Assembly: GCF_001194135.2 (NCBI RefSeq)
Contig: NC_069000.1
Coordinates: 5,574,353-5,611,618, forward strand
From: Octopus bimaculoides
Lineage: Eukaryota
DNA: 37,266 nt
Reading direction: 5' to 3'
This document shows, piece by piece, positions 1 to 11,717 of this stretch; within the stretch, counting starts at the first letter, position 1; each line of letters begins with the position of its first letter. The translations under genes and the position numbers were made by a program. Below the pieces are notes generated by a model. That model ran no database searches, was not told the DNA's origin, and saw only the letters and a list, made by a program, of their open reading frames with translations.

Positions 1-7
1 GTCAAAA

Positions 8-745
8 TTAAGTGTTGAAAACAACATCCATCATGTGGTGACAGTTTCTGTTGATGTATTTCAGAAGGTGTCTTTGGAAGTTGACCTCCATTCTCTCCAG
101 CATTGTTCTGTCGATCTGGGCGACTTCCTCCATTCTTCCACGTGAATAGCTTCTTTCGAATCGTCCAATGTACGGGGCTTAAGCACATACACACGTGCGT
201 GTAGGTTTCCCCACAAGAAATAATCACACATGGACAAATAAGGTGACCGAAGGGGTGGGCAAGGAATATCAGCAAACCTGGAAAAGAGGCGGTCACCGAA
301 GAGAGGACCAAGAACGTCCATTGATGCTCTGGCTGTATGGGCCGTCGCCCCATCCTGCTGAAACCACACACGTCGAATGGGAATACATTTTCGTTGTAAT
401 TCAGACACAACAAAGTTGTTTATCATCTCGATGTAACGCTCGGAGTTAAGAATAAGAGCATTTCCATTATTGTCTTCAAAGAAGTAAAGACCAATGACGG
501 CAGCTTTTCCAACAGCACACCAGACTGTCACTTTCGAGCTGTGCAGTGGTTTTCATGCAGTTCTTTCAAAATTTTTAAGCGCACAATAATAACAGTTCTA
601 TTGATTCACCATGCCATTGAAATGAAAACGAGCTTCATCGATCATTAGCAAAATGAGGCGGTCATTTGCCTCAAAAATTGCTTCCATCTGACGCGTGACA
701 TTAAGACGCTGTGTTTAGTCCCATGGTTGCAACTGGTTGCTATAC
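8..745 (-). pseudogene. Decayed Tc1/mariner transposase, rosa (DD41D) type, catalytic domain and C-terminus
   Basis: Minus-strand translation gives LLMIDEARFHFNGMVNQ*NCYY...KPLHSSKVTVWCAVG...VWFQQDGATAHTARASM...PPLRSPYLSMCDYFLWG, then after a frameshift ...HMMDVVFNT*. All three catalytic Asp motifs are present; there are 42 residues between D2 and D3 (41 plus one extra Leu). In-frame stops and a frameshift; no terminal inverted repeats (TIRs) seen. Confidence 0.85.
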
Positions 746-870
746 TCGAAACGTCAAAGTCACTCTCTTTTTAACTGAGCGTCAAACTTATACATTCCTT
801 GTGCATGCACTCTTGTTTCACGTTTTGCTAATTTTCTTGTTCATTTATTTGAAGTGATTATATATTTATA
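745..870 (+). mobile_element. Fragment of Penelope-type repeat end (same family as 5758-6004)
   Basis: ctcgaaacgtcaaagtcactctctttttaactgagcgtcaaacttatacattccttgt aligns by eye to the reverse complement of about 5895-5960 (ctctgaacgtcaaagacttttctattttttcctgagcgtgaaactaatgcacctgcttgt). It abuts the truncated end of the mariner fragment. The Penelope assignment is inferred from the GAAAC-GTC motif. Confidence 0.5.
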
Positions 871-871
871 T

Positions 872-903
872 TTCTTCGTCTTCTTCCTCTTTTTCTTCTT
901 CTT

Positions 904-996
<93 letters not shown>
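872..996. repeat. Compound (TTC)n/(TTA)n microsatellite
   Basis: Directly visible; explains the poly-F/poly-L ORF 854-1039. Confidence 0.97.
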
Positions 997-998
<2 letters not shown>

Positions 999-1837
999 AA
1001 CACAAGTCTTGTGAAATACAGCTGCCCTATGTTTCTTAGCTGAAATATTAATTCATTTCGCCATCTTTCAATCTGATAAAAACAACTGATCGAGTGCCAG
1101 ATTGCTTGTTGATGCTTTACCATACACACACACACACACACTTACACGCACATGCATGTGTATATGTATATATATATCTATATGTGTATGTGTGTATCTA
1201 TGAGATATATACAGATATATACATACACACATATAATTTAATACACACACGGACACACTATTGTTAATGCATTGTTTTAAAGCTAGCGTTTTATCAAAGG
1301 CATATATTACATTTTTTTTTTTTAGGAATTAACGGACCGATGATGAAGCCTTTATGTTATGGCGCGGTCAGCCAGATACAGCAGCTACATTCCAATAAAT
1401 CACTGCCAGTCATATTGTAAAATGAGCAACTCATTGTAAAAGCAGTCCTCCATATTCGAAACGACCGGATGGCGTTAAGTACGTCTCCAACTTTCGATAT
1501 CAATTTCTTTTTATTCTTTTCTTTTGTTCTGATTCTTTTTTCTGCATCACCGGAAATTTCTCCGGATTTGTATCCTTCGTACATTAGAGGTTACAAATCA
1601 GTGAAAAGAAAAAGATTCAATTTTTTTTTTTTTCTATTTTGTTTTATGGTATTTTATCTTATCTTTTAAAATTTGCGTTTTTCTCTTTCTTGCTCTCCGC
1701 AGCTTCTCCGCCGACGGCCATAACGATTCATTTTTTATGTTTTATGAGAAAATACTTTCTTCTAAATACCACATGCATATAAACGAGATATACGTATAAG
1801 CATGCACACATGTACATATGTATATGCATATATATAT

Positions 1838-1878
<41 letters not shown>

Positions 1879-3194
1879 NNNNNNNNNNNNNNNNNNNNNN
1901 NNNNNNNNNNNNNNNNNNNNNNNNNNNNNNNNNNNNNNNNNNNNNNNNNNNNNNNNNNNNNNNNNNNNNNNNNNNNNNNNNNNNNNNNNNNNNNNNNNNN
2001 NNNNNNNNNNNNNNNNNNNNNNNNNNNNNNNNNNNNNNNNNNNNNNNNNNNNNNNNNNNNNNNNNNNNNNNNNNNNNNNNNNNNNNNNNNNNNNNNNNNN
2101 NNNNNNNNNNNNNNNNNNNNNNNNNNNNNNNNNNNNNNNNNNNNNNNNNNNNNNNNNNNNNNNNNNNNNNNNNNNNNNNNNNNNNNNNNNNNNNNNNNNN
2201 NNNNNNNNNNNNNNNNNNNNNNNNNNNNNNNNNNNNNNNNNNNNNNNNNNNNNNNNNNNNNNNNNNNNNNNNNNNNNNNNNNNNNNNNNNNNNNNNNNNN
2301 NNNNNNNNNNNNNNNNNNNNNNNNNNNNNNNNNNNNNNNNNNNNNNNNNNNNNNNNNNNNNNNNNNNNNNNNNNNNNNNNNNNNNNNNNNNNNNNNNNNN
2401 NNNNNNNNNNNNNNNNNNNNNNNNNNNNNNNNNNNNNNNNNNNNNNNNNNNNNNNNNNNNNNNNNNNNNNNNNNNNNNNNNNNNNNNNNNNNNNNNNNNN
2501 NNNNNNNNNNNNNNNNNNNNNNNNNNNNNNNNNNNNNNNNNNNNNNNNNNNNNNNNNNNNNNNNNNNNNNNNNNNGAGAGAGAGAGAGAGAGAGAGATTC
2601 TGGCTTAGTAATATTTCCTCTGTTCATGAACCTACATATTTAAAACATGTACTTATACTCACAAACAAATGCTCATATACAGTACATACACATACACACA
2701 CACACACACACACTGACACACAGGCACAAACAAACGCACGCACATAAGTCATACACACCTACACATACCATTATAGAATATCAGAGATGTATTTCCTACA
2801 GGTATTGATACATGCAAGCATAAATCATATATGACTTAAGTACACATTCTATGCAAATATATATATCCATTTATGAACTTGTGTGTGTGTGCGTTTCTGC
2901 GTGGAAGTCCGTTTACCAAGAAATACACATTTATAAATACACAGCCTGTGGGCATACGAATATAAAATTTATTTTAATAATAGAATGAACTCTCTTTATC
3001 TTGCAATATATCTATCGACCTATCTTTCTATCATATCTTCCTCTCTTTCTCTACGTATACACACACACATATATATATATATGTGTGTGTATGTGTGTAT
3101 GTATGTATATACACATTATATATTATATACGTGTATATGTATGTACACATTATATATTATATATATGTATATATAAACATATATATACATAAAA

Positions 3195-3254
<60 letters not shown>

Positions 3255-4171
3255 TGTATATATATATATATGATTGACATATAAATATATATATATGTAT
3301 ATACATATATCTATATATGTGTCTATATATCCATTTACAAATGTATGTCTATTTCTTTTTTTTTCTCTCTCTCTCTCGGTCTTTCTCTCTCACTTTGTCT
3401 TTCCGTCTCCCTCTGGAAATGGAAAATAAACAACAAGTGCAAATTCCATAGTGGAAATTTCCGTAGGGATGTTTTCTCTAACCTGAACTTAAATTTTCAC
3501 TTCCTTTCTCTGTCTGCCTGTCTGTTTCTCTACCTTTTCATCTGTCTCTCTCACCCCTCTTCTCTTTCTCTCTCTCTCCCTCTTTCTCTCTCTCTCTCCC
3601 TCTTTCTCTCTTACAATCTCTCGCGTCTCCCCCCTCTCCCTCACTGAAACCATTTCTCTGACGAATATAAAGCCTTTTTTTTCAAGAACCTCAAAAGTAT
3701 CCGAAGACCTATGAGTTCGTCTCTTATTAAATATATGACTCCGTTCTTAGTTATTCCCCACCACCACCACTTGCTTGGTTTCGTCTCGACGGTACTGGCC
3801 GGCTTCGTACATACGTATATATGTGTGTATTTATCTATGTATGTAAGTGTCTCATTATGCAGGTATTAATATAGGTACGTATCTATGTGTATGCATTCGC
3901 ATATATGAATAGAATTATGCATGTATTTATGTATGAACAAAATTGCGCATGCAAGAACATCGCAGTATTGTTGATATCCGTGTTTGGCACTATTATTATC
4001 AATGTAAGCCATGTCAAAGACATCGAAGCCCCATGGGGCAGATGGTGATCTTGGCTGAATTAGGACGGAACAGTTTTTCAAATATCCACTCCGTCCTCGT
4101 GTGTGTTTTTGGCTATACATCAGAAAAAGAAATTCACTCTAAAGAATAGAGCAGTAATATATATATATATA

Positions 4172-4424
4172 CTCTTTTACTCTTTACTCTTTACTCTTTA
4201 CTCTTTACTCTTTTACTTGTTTCAGGCATTGGACTGTGGCCATGCTGGAGCAGCGCCTTTAGTCGAGCAAATAGACCCCAGGACTTATTCTTTATAAGCC
4301 TAGTACTTATTCTATCGGTTTCTTTTGCCGAAACACTAAGTTACAGGGACGTAAACACACCAGCATCGGTTGTCAAGCGATGTTGGGGGGACAGACAGAG
4401 ACACACAAACATACTCACACACAT
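4172..4424 (-). mobile_element. tRNA-derived SINE family A (octopus-type), 3' half with expanded (AGAGTAA)n tail
   Basis: Near-identical to 11459-11650 (catgctggagca...agtcgagcaaat.gaccccaggacttattcttt.taagcctagtact) and inverted relative to 19230-19393. A 7-mer tail repeat spans 4172-4215. Confidence 0.9.
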
Positions 4425-4535
4425 ACAACAGTAACAATCGTCTCATCCAGGACTGCCACATTATGTTGGCAAATAGTTTTTACTTTAAAGGATCGTTACT
4501 GAATATGTCACTTTGAGAGATTTAGAAAAATAATT

Positions 4536-4621
<86 letters not shown>

Positions 4622-4899
4622 TATATTATATTATATAATATAAAGATACACACGTCCATTCATACATAAGTCCATTCTAGCCTACATGACATATACGTAC
4701 GTACAAATTTACCTACCTACATACATATATATACATACACACACGTACGTGCACGCTTATATATGTAGACATACATTCTTATATATAGATGTATACACGT
4801 AATACAAGTGAATTCATGTCATCAAACGTGGAATACTCCCCACATCATGCTTCATCAACATGAAGCAATACCTATGGGGATTTCGGTAAATAAAAACGC

Positions 4900-4906
4900 T
4901 ACAGCT

Positions 4907-4939
<33 letters not shown>

Positions 4940-5180
4940 GCAGCAAGAACATCAACAACAACAACAAGAGCAACAAAAAGAATGAGGGCAAAAAACAGCA
5001 GATCTTTGAGAAGAATTCTTGAAACAATGACACGACGATGTCGACGCTGACAGCAACAAAAGCTATAACGAAAGCGGCAACAATAACCGAAATATTGAAA
5101 TCCACAAAAGCAATTATAAGAAGAATAACAACAACATGAACAACAACAGCAACACGAAAACGAACAAAAACAAAAGAGCA
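4900..5180. repeat. Degenerate (ACA/GCA)n trinucleotide low-complexity tract
   Basis: Directly visible; source of the poly-T, poly-V and poly-L ORFs. Confidence 0.9.
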
Positions 5181-5730
5181 AAGAATTTCGTATAATGCTG
5201 GATTCTATTTTCCTGCTCAATTCTAAGGTCAAACGAGATAATTCGAAAACCTGATGGAATTAGCACAATAAATAGTCTTTGACTTGTTCTTAATGTATGT
5301 GTGTGTGTGCGTGTATGAATGTGCGTGTGAGAGAGAGAGAGAGAGAAAGAGAGAGGGGTGAAGTTGCATTATCTCCATGTCCCACAGCAAAAAAGTAGGG
5401 TGGCGGGAAAAGCCAATAAGCCACCAACTGTTATCTATCTCTCCCTGAAAATTATTCCTTCATTTTCCTATATTCTTCTATCACTTATTCCTTTAACCCC
5501 TCACCCCTTGTTCCTATTTTCTATTACAGAATTTGTTTTCCTGTTTCATGTGCAATGACACATTCCGCCCCTAACTCATTCGTAATTTTTCCTTGTGAAT
5601 ATCCCCTTAGGCGAATGATAGTGCACCCTTTTAGACCGTCATGTTTGAAATATTTCTGTTATTTAGGTTATTTAGGGGCCCTTGAATATGTATGTGTGTG
5701 TGTGCGTGTGTGTGTGTGTATATATATAAG

Positions 5731-5757
<27 letters not shown>

Positions 5758-5761
<4 letters not shown>

Positions 5762-6004
5762 GTAATAATAATAATAATATTAGGGATAAAAATCCAAATT
5801 TACAGGTAAAAACTCAATTAAATTCAATTTATTAAAAATTAAAATAAAGTTTCTCAGTATAAAATATATAAATATATGAGTTTAGGGAAAATAACAACAA
5901 GCAGGTGCATTAGTTTCACGCTCAGGAAAAAATAGAAAAGTCTTTGACGTTCAGAGCCTACGCTCTTTCTGTCGAAGAGCGTAGGCTCTGAACGTTAGAC
6001 TTTC
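5758..6004 (-). mobile_element. Penelope-type non-autonomous repeat ending in a fold-back hairpin
   Basis: Its start (ataataatattagggataaaaatccaaat) recurs at about 13456-13483 and its other end recurs at 745-810. It terminates in a 21-bp perfect inverted repeat (5947-5967 / 5975-5995) containing a hammerhead-like core. Confidence 0.55.
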
Positions 6005-6647
6005 TTCAGAAAGGATTGAGACGGACAAAAATGAAGAGAGAGATAGAACAAAAAAAAAGCGAAGAGAGACAAAATGTGTAGGGAATAACAGTTCAGCATA
6101 ATGTACTTTTGTATGTAATTTTGTATGTATGCACACGTCCAAGAAATAGTCATTACATTTGAAACATTTTAGCAATATTTTAATTTCTAAATCTCTTAAT
6201 TTACTCGTAGAATACTTCGTCATACTAATACATCTCCCAAATCTTTTAAAATTCAATGACAACTTTATTTAAATGTTAAGAGGTATCTATGAGAAACATA
6301 AGTTTTCTAAACCAAGTAAAACCACTTAACTACGAAAAACGAAGCTCCATTCATATCATGTTTTAAAATGCTTTGATTGCTCTATAGAATTCATCATACT
6401 CATCATGCACATTTGTAACTTGATGTAAATGCATTGAATTTTTTTTAACCATAAATTAAATACTTCTTCAGTAAAGCCATGGAAACTATCAGACTGATTG
6501 TCGTCGACACATTTCTCATCGAATATCGAAATGCTAAATGTCTGTTTTTGTGTCCAGTTCTAGCTGACTTATAGTACAATAGAAAGAAACCAAGGAAAAA
6601 CTAATGACTTCACTAAACCAATATTTTTTATTACAAATTAAATCCAT

Positions 6648-6830
6648 TGACAGTGTATGGTCTTGTAATTGAAGTATTAGCCCCGGGGTCAATGGATCAT
6701 GGGTTCGACTCAAGAACCGAGTAACAATTGGCGTCTGTGAGCCGAGTACTTAATTCCACATTGGTCCAATGAATACAGCTGAAACTGAATTCGAAGATCA
6801 AGGGAGGTAAGTCAAGCATGCGACGAACTA
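6648..6830 (+). mobile_element. Old tRNA-derived SINE-like remnant
   Basis: Pol III B-box GGTTCGACTC at 6702-6711, about 45 bp downstream of a degenerate A-box-like segment. No cloverleaf or tRNA 3' end. Confidence 0.4.
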
Positions 6831-7430
6831 TTGTCTTATTTAAAGAGGGCATTTTGTACAGTTTCTCACACAACCAAAACTATTTTTGGCAAAACATTTT
6901 AGCAACAAAATCACTCACAAGTTCTTCTGATCAGATTTCTAGAAGTTTATCGCTCTTATCAATAACGTCACACACTTCTGTCCACTAGCTTTTTGAAAAA
7001 TTTCCCCGGTTCCATTTTGTGATAATTCATCTTTTATTGTTGTTGTTACTGTTACTATTATTATTATTGTTGTTGTTGCTACTATTACTGTTACTATCAT
7101 TATTATCATTATTGTCATTGTTAGCATTTGATGCCATTAAGATTGGGTTTCAGGAAATGAAAGAATTGAAACAAATAAAAACCCAACGTCATGCACTTGT
7201 CATATCGTTTTAGTGTGCACGAACGGCCAGTGGTGATAATTTATGGGTTGTGACATGAGCGGCCCTATCATGAGATATCATGGGAAAATATAATTTTGTT
7301 TTAGTATGTGATAATCTTTTTAAAACTCTTTGTCAAATTTAGCGAGCATTTTCGAAATGTTTTTTTTCAAAGGCCATCTTCTATCACCTAAACTCTTGTA
7401 GCATTCCATTACTGTTAGGGAATGTCATAT

Positions 7431-7570
7431 GCAGCAGATTTATAGAATCGCTAGAGCGTTAAAGATTAGCCTTTTGGCAGTTCTTCATGCTTTTTACATT
7501 CTGAGTTCAAATCCAGTGGGGGTCAGTTTTGCATTTCCTTCTTTCAAGGGATCAATAAACAGAGCACCGG
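7431..7570 (+). mobile_element. Diverged SINE family B copy
   Basis: agaatcgctag...tttacattctgagttcaaatcc...ggtcagttttgcatttccttctttcaagggatcaataa resembles 22030-22150 and the reverse complement of 21620-21750. Confidence 0.55.
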
Positions 7571-7638
7571 CCTTGTCATAGAGCCTTCTTTATTTCCATC
7601 TTTCTGTCACTTTGTCTTTATCTCACTCATTCTTACAG

Positions 7639-7715
7639 ATGCGGTGCCACAGCATCGTGAAAGCACCCAGGAGGGGAACAGTTTGCTCCAATAAACGTAG
7701 GAGGACTGAACTAAG
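7639..7715 (+). other. Candidate 77-nt internal exon (possibly 5'UTR)
   Basis: Polypyrimidine acceptor tctttatctcactcattcttacAG and consensus donor AAG|GTAAGA. One frame is open (MRCHSIVKAPRRGTVCSNKRRRTEL). No homology recognised. Confidence 0.3.
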
Positions 7716-8517
7716 GTAAGATTTCTGTTGATATCGAGCTGAATATGAATCTGCCCCAAATGAACCAGAATTGCTGGGTAAGATTGAACTGATATATAAA
7801 AACCCTGTATGTAGTAAAGATTGTTTGCCAGCATAACATGGTAGTCCTGGTTTAGGAAGAATGTTGCTGTAATTTAGCCCCAGGAGACATCGTTTCCAGC
7901 TGGGTATACGACACGATCTATGTCCTTATATTTTCGAACAAGGGAATCTTGCACCCCCACTCAGCTCAAAACAGTATCTGTGTATCGCGATTTCTGGCTT
8001 GTTTATCTTCATCAGCACAGAAATCGCCATGTGCATGTGTGTATGAATATTTCTTTGAATGTGTGTACATGAATGTCTATATATACATCATATGCATCAT
8101 AAGTATATATATATATACATATATATATNNNNNNNNNNNNNNNNNNNNNNNNNNNNNNNNNNNNNNNNNNNNNNNNNNNNNNNNNNNNNNNNNNNNNNNN
8201 NNNNNNNNNNNNNNNNNATATATGTACATATATAGATGTATATATATGTATGCATACATGTATACATAAATATGTGTATATTGTAAATACACATATACAT
8301 ATGTGTGTATATGTGTATGTAGCTATGTACATCCATATACACTTTCGTATACCCATTTAAGTGCTGTTATTAAAGTGTTTTGAGGTGTGTAATTATTACT
8401 CAGCGTTTTGTCTTCTTTTGCATTATTTTTTTATTTTCATGTTTCGTTTTTATTTTCCGTATTGATTTTTTACGCCGTGATTTCGATTTAGTCCATCGAT
8501 TAATATACTCACCGTCG

Positions 8518-8690
8518 TTTTCTTCTTCTTCTTTTTCTTCTTCTTCTTCTTCTTCTTCTTCTTCTTCTTCTTTTCCTTCCTCTTCTTCTATTTCTTCTTC
8601 TATTATTATCTTCTTCTTCTTCTTCTTCTTCTTCTTCTTCTTCTTCTTCTTCTTTTTCTTCTTCTTCCTCTTCTTCTTCTTCTTCATTAT
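8518..8690. repeat. (TTC)n polypyrimidine microsatellite
   Basis: Directly visible. Confidence 0.95.
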
Positions 8691-9386
8691 CATCGCGTGC
8701 ATCATCTTTATCGTGCCCGTCTACGTTCTTCTCTTACCTTTCGCATTTTTTTCCTCTACCATTATCTTTTCCTTATTCTTACTCTTTTCGTATTCTTTTC
8801 ATTAATTTACGGGAATTGAAAGCACACATTCCGAACAGTCAATCTAAAGAGATTAAATACACACACACATACACACACACGCAGATGTAAAACAAAAGTC
8901 ATACATTAGTATTTATGAAGTCCAAAAACTAAGTGTTGACAAAAAGGAAAGCTGAAGTCAACGACAGCAGGAGATAAGCGTATTTCAAAAGCACAGTTTT
9001 GTTAGAAGTGAAGCTGAGACGTGATAAGCCACGTCAGCAAATTGAGCATCGTATACATATATATATANNNNNNNNNNNNNNNNNNNNNNNNNNNNNNNNN
9101 NNNNNNNNNNNNNNNNNNNNNNNNNNNNNNNNNNNNNNNNNNNNNNNNNNNNNNNNNNNNNNNNNNNNNNNNNNNNNNNNNNNNNNNNNNNNNNNNNNNN
9201 NNNNNNNNNNNNNNNNNNNNNNNNNNNNNNNNNNNNNNNNNNNNNNNNNNNNNNNNNNNNNNNNNNNNNNNNNNNNNNNNNNNNNNNNNNNNNNNNNNNN
9301 NNNNNNNNNNNNNNNNNNNNNNNNNNNNNNNNNNNNNNNNNNNNNNNNNNNNNNNNNNNNNNNNNNNNNNNNNNNNNNNNNNNNNN

Positions 9387-9431
<45 letters not shown>

Positions 9432-10477
9432 GTATATATATATATATGTACGGTATTGTATATGTGTGTGTGTTATAGCTGTACTATGTGCTTCCATATT
9501 TTTGCTGTCTAATCTATATCTTTTTTCTCCTCTTCTCTCAATGACGTATTCAGAGTGGTTCTGTCACGTTTGTTTTGTTTTGTTTCTTGTATTTTGTATA
9601 TTCATTTATTTTTGGTACTGTAGTTGATCTTTATTTACTTACTTATTATCTTTTTTTTTTTTTTTTTTTTTTTTTTNNNNNNNNNNNNNNNNNNNNNNNN
9701 NNNNNNNNNNNNNNNNNNNNNNNNNNNNNNNNNNNNNNNNNNNNNNNNNNNNNNNNNNNNNNNNNNNNNNNNNNNNNNNNNNNNNNNNNNNNNNNNNNNN
9801 NNNNNNNNNNNNNNNNNNNNNNNNNNNNNNNNNNNNNNNNNNNNNNNNNNNNNNNNNNNNNNNNNNNNNNNNNNNNNNNNNNNNNNNNNNNNNNNNNNNN
9901 NNNNNNNNNNNNNNNNNNNNNNNNNNNNNNNNNNNNNNNNNNNNNNNNNNNNNNNNNNNNNNNNNNNNNNNNNNNNNNNNNNNNNNNNNNNNNNNNNNNN
10001 NNNNNNNNNNNNNNNNNNNNNNNNNNNNNNNNNNNNNNNNNNNNNNNNNNNNNNNNNNNNNNNNNNNNNNNNNNNNNNNNNNNNNNNNNNNNNNNNNNNN
10101 NNNNNNNNNNNNNNNNNNNNNNNNNNNNNNNNNNNNNNNNNNNNNNNNNNNNNNNNNNNNNNNNNNNNNNNNNNNNNNNNNNNNNNNNNNNNNNNNNNNN
10201 NNNNNNNNNNNNNNNNNNNNNNNNNNNNNNNNNNNNNNNNNNNNNNNNNNNNNNNNNNNNNNNNNNNNNNNNNNNNNNNNNNNNNNNNNNNNNNNNNNNN
10301 NNNNNNNNNNNNNNNNNNNNNNNNNNNNNNNNNNNNNNNNNNNNNNNNNNNNNNNNNNNNNNNNNNNNNNNNNNNNNNNNNNNNNNNNNNNNNNNNNNNN
10401 NNNNNNNNNNNNNNNNNNNNNNNNNNNNNNNNNNNTATATATACAGGTATATATATCCATACATAAATACAAGTACA

Positions 10478-10522
<45 letters not shown>

Positions 10523-11290
10523 GTGTACTATTTTTTCCTACCTTGTTTCACATTTGTGTGCTTACTAGGGTATGCCCACACAGACTCACAGACACACAGA
10601 TATAAATATATGTGTATGTATATGCATATACCTTTATATATATATATATATACATACACATACATATACATGTATGTAGGCTTCGTATATAAACAGGAAA
10701 CCAGATGGTCTTGGCACTACCTCACTCGTCGCTCGACTCTCAATATCTTCCTTGGAGAACGAAGTAATAATAAAAAAAAATCTCTGTATAAATATCAAAA
10801 TGAATGAATATATAAATTCAACAACATAAAGAAACACACACGCACACACACATATATATATATGATGGAAATACAACAACAACATGACGGGAAGCAATAT
10901 CTACAGATATATATAAGATGAATCGTTTACAAGAGAACAGTTGGGGTTAAGTATTACTAGAGCATCCTTTTTGTGTTGGTCATCTACAGACAGGATCGTA
11001 GAAATTGCTGGTGTTTTCTCTCTTTTGTGATAACATTACTGGTGATGGTAGTGGTGGTAGTGGTGGTGGTAGAGTATACGTTTGTTGTTGGCTCTGTTGA
11101 TTTTTTGCTTGTTGCTGTTGTTGTTTTTGATGTTGTCGACCTCGTCATTCATGCTTCTTTTGGTTCTCATTCAAGCAGCATATTACAGAAAAGCAAACGC
11201 AGGTTTAGAAAATACCGGTCCTCTTCTTAACGCAGTGTATTACACACACATACGCACACAAACACACACAGAGGCATGTATTTATACGTG

Positions 11291-11359
<69 letters not shown>

Positions 11360-11458
11360 TTATACATGTATATTTATATATAGACGTACGTGTATGCATA
11401 TATACACATATATGTATATACATACAGACATGTATATATTCATTTTTTATGCTTTTAT

Positions 11459-11717
11459 TGTTTTATTTGTTTCAGTCATTTGACTGCGGCCATGCTGGAG
11501 CACTACCTTTAGTCGAGCAAATCGACCCCAGGACTTATTCTTTGTAAGCCTAGTACTGATTCTATCCGTCACTTTGCCGAACCACTAAGTTATGGGGACG
11601 TAAACACACCAGTATCGGTTGTCAAGCGATGGTGGGGGACAAACACAGACACACAAACATATATATATATATATCCATATATATACAACGGGTTTCGTTC
11701 AGTTTCCGTCTACCAAA
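11459..11717 (-). mobile_element. SINE family A copy, 5'-truncated
   Basis: Matches 4210-4415 closely and continues through the internal (TA)n into acaacgggtttcgttcagtttccgtctaccaaat, which is shared with 18185-18215 and 36060-36090. Confidence 0.9.

Noticed and set aside
1340-1440. ATGATGA as a C/D snoRNA C box, or tgatgaagcc...ggc as a hammerhead core
   Set aside because: No CTGA D box at a suitable distance, no terminal stem, and no GAAA after the putative stem II.
3453-3462. Palindrome GGAAATTTCC resembling a Rel/NF-kB site
   Set aside because: A single 10-mer in AT-rich DNA is expected by chance.
3866-4120. Minus ORF with WGFDVFD, reminiscent of phosphodiesterase W.FDVF
   Set aside because: No other PDE motifs and no convincing splice boundaries.
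5395-5575. GC-box and CCAAT-like words suggesting a promoter
   Set aside because: Short motifs only, with no supporting initiator or downstream gene.
8505-8520. Perfect minus-strand donor ACG|GTGAGT next to (GAA)n
   Set aside because: The upstream exon would be pure microsatellite, with no acceptor or meaningful ORF.
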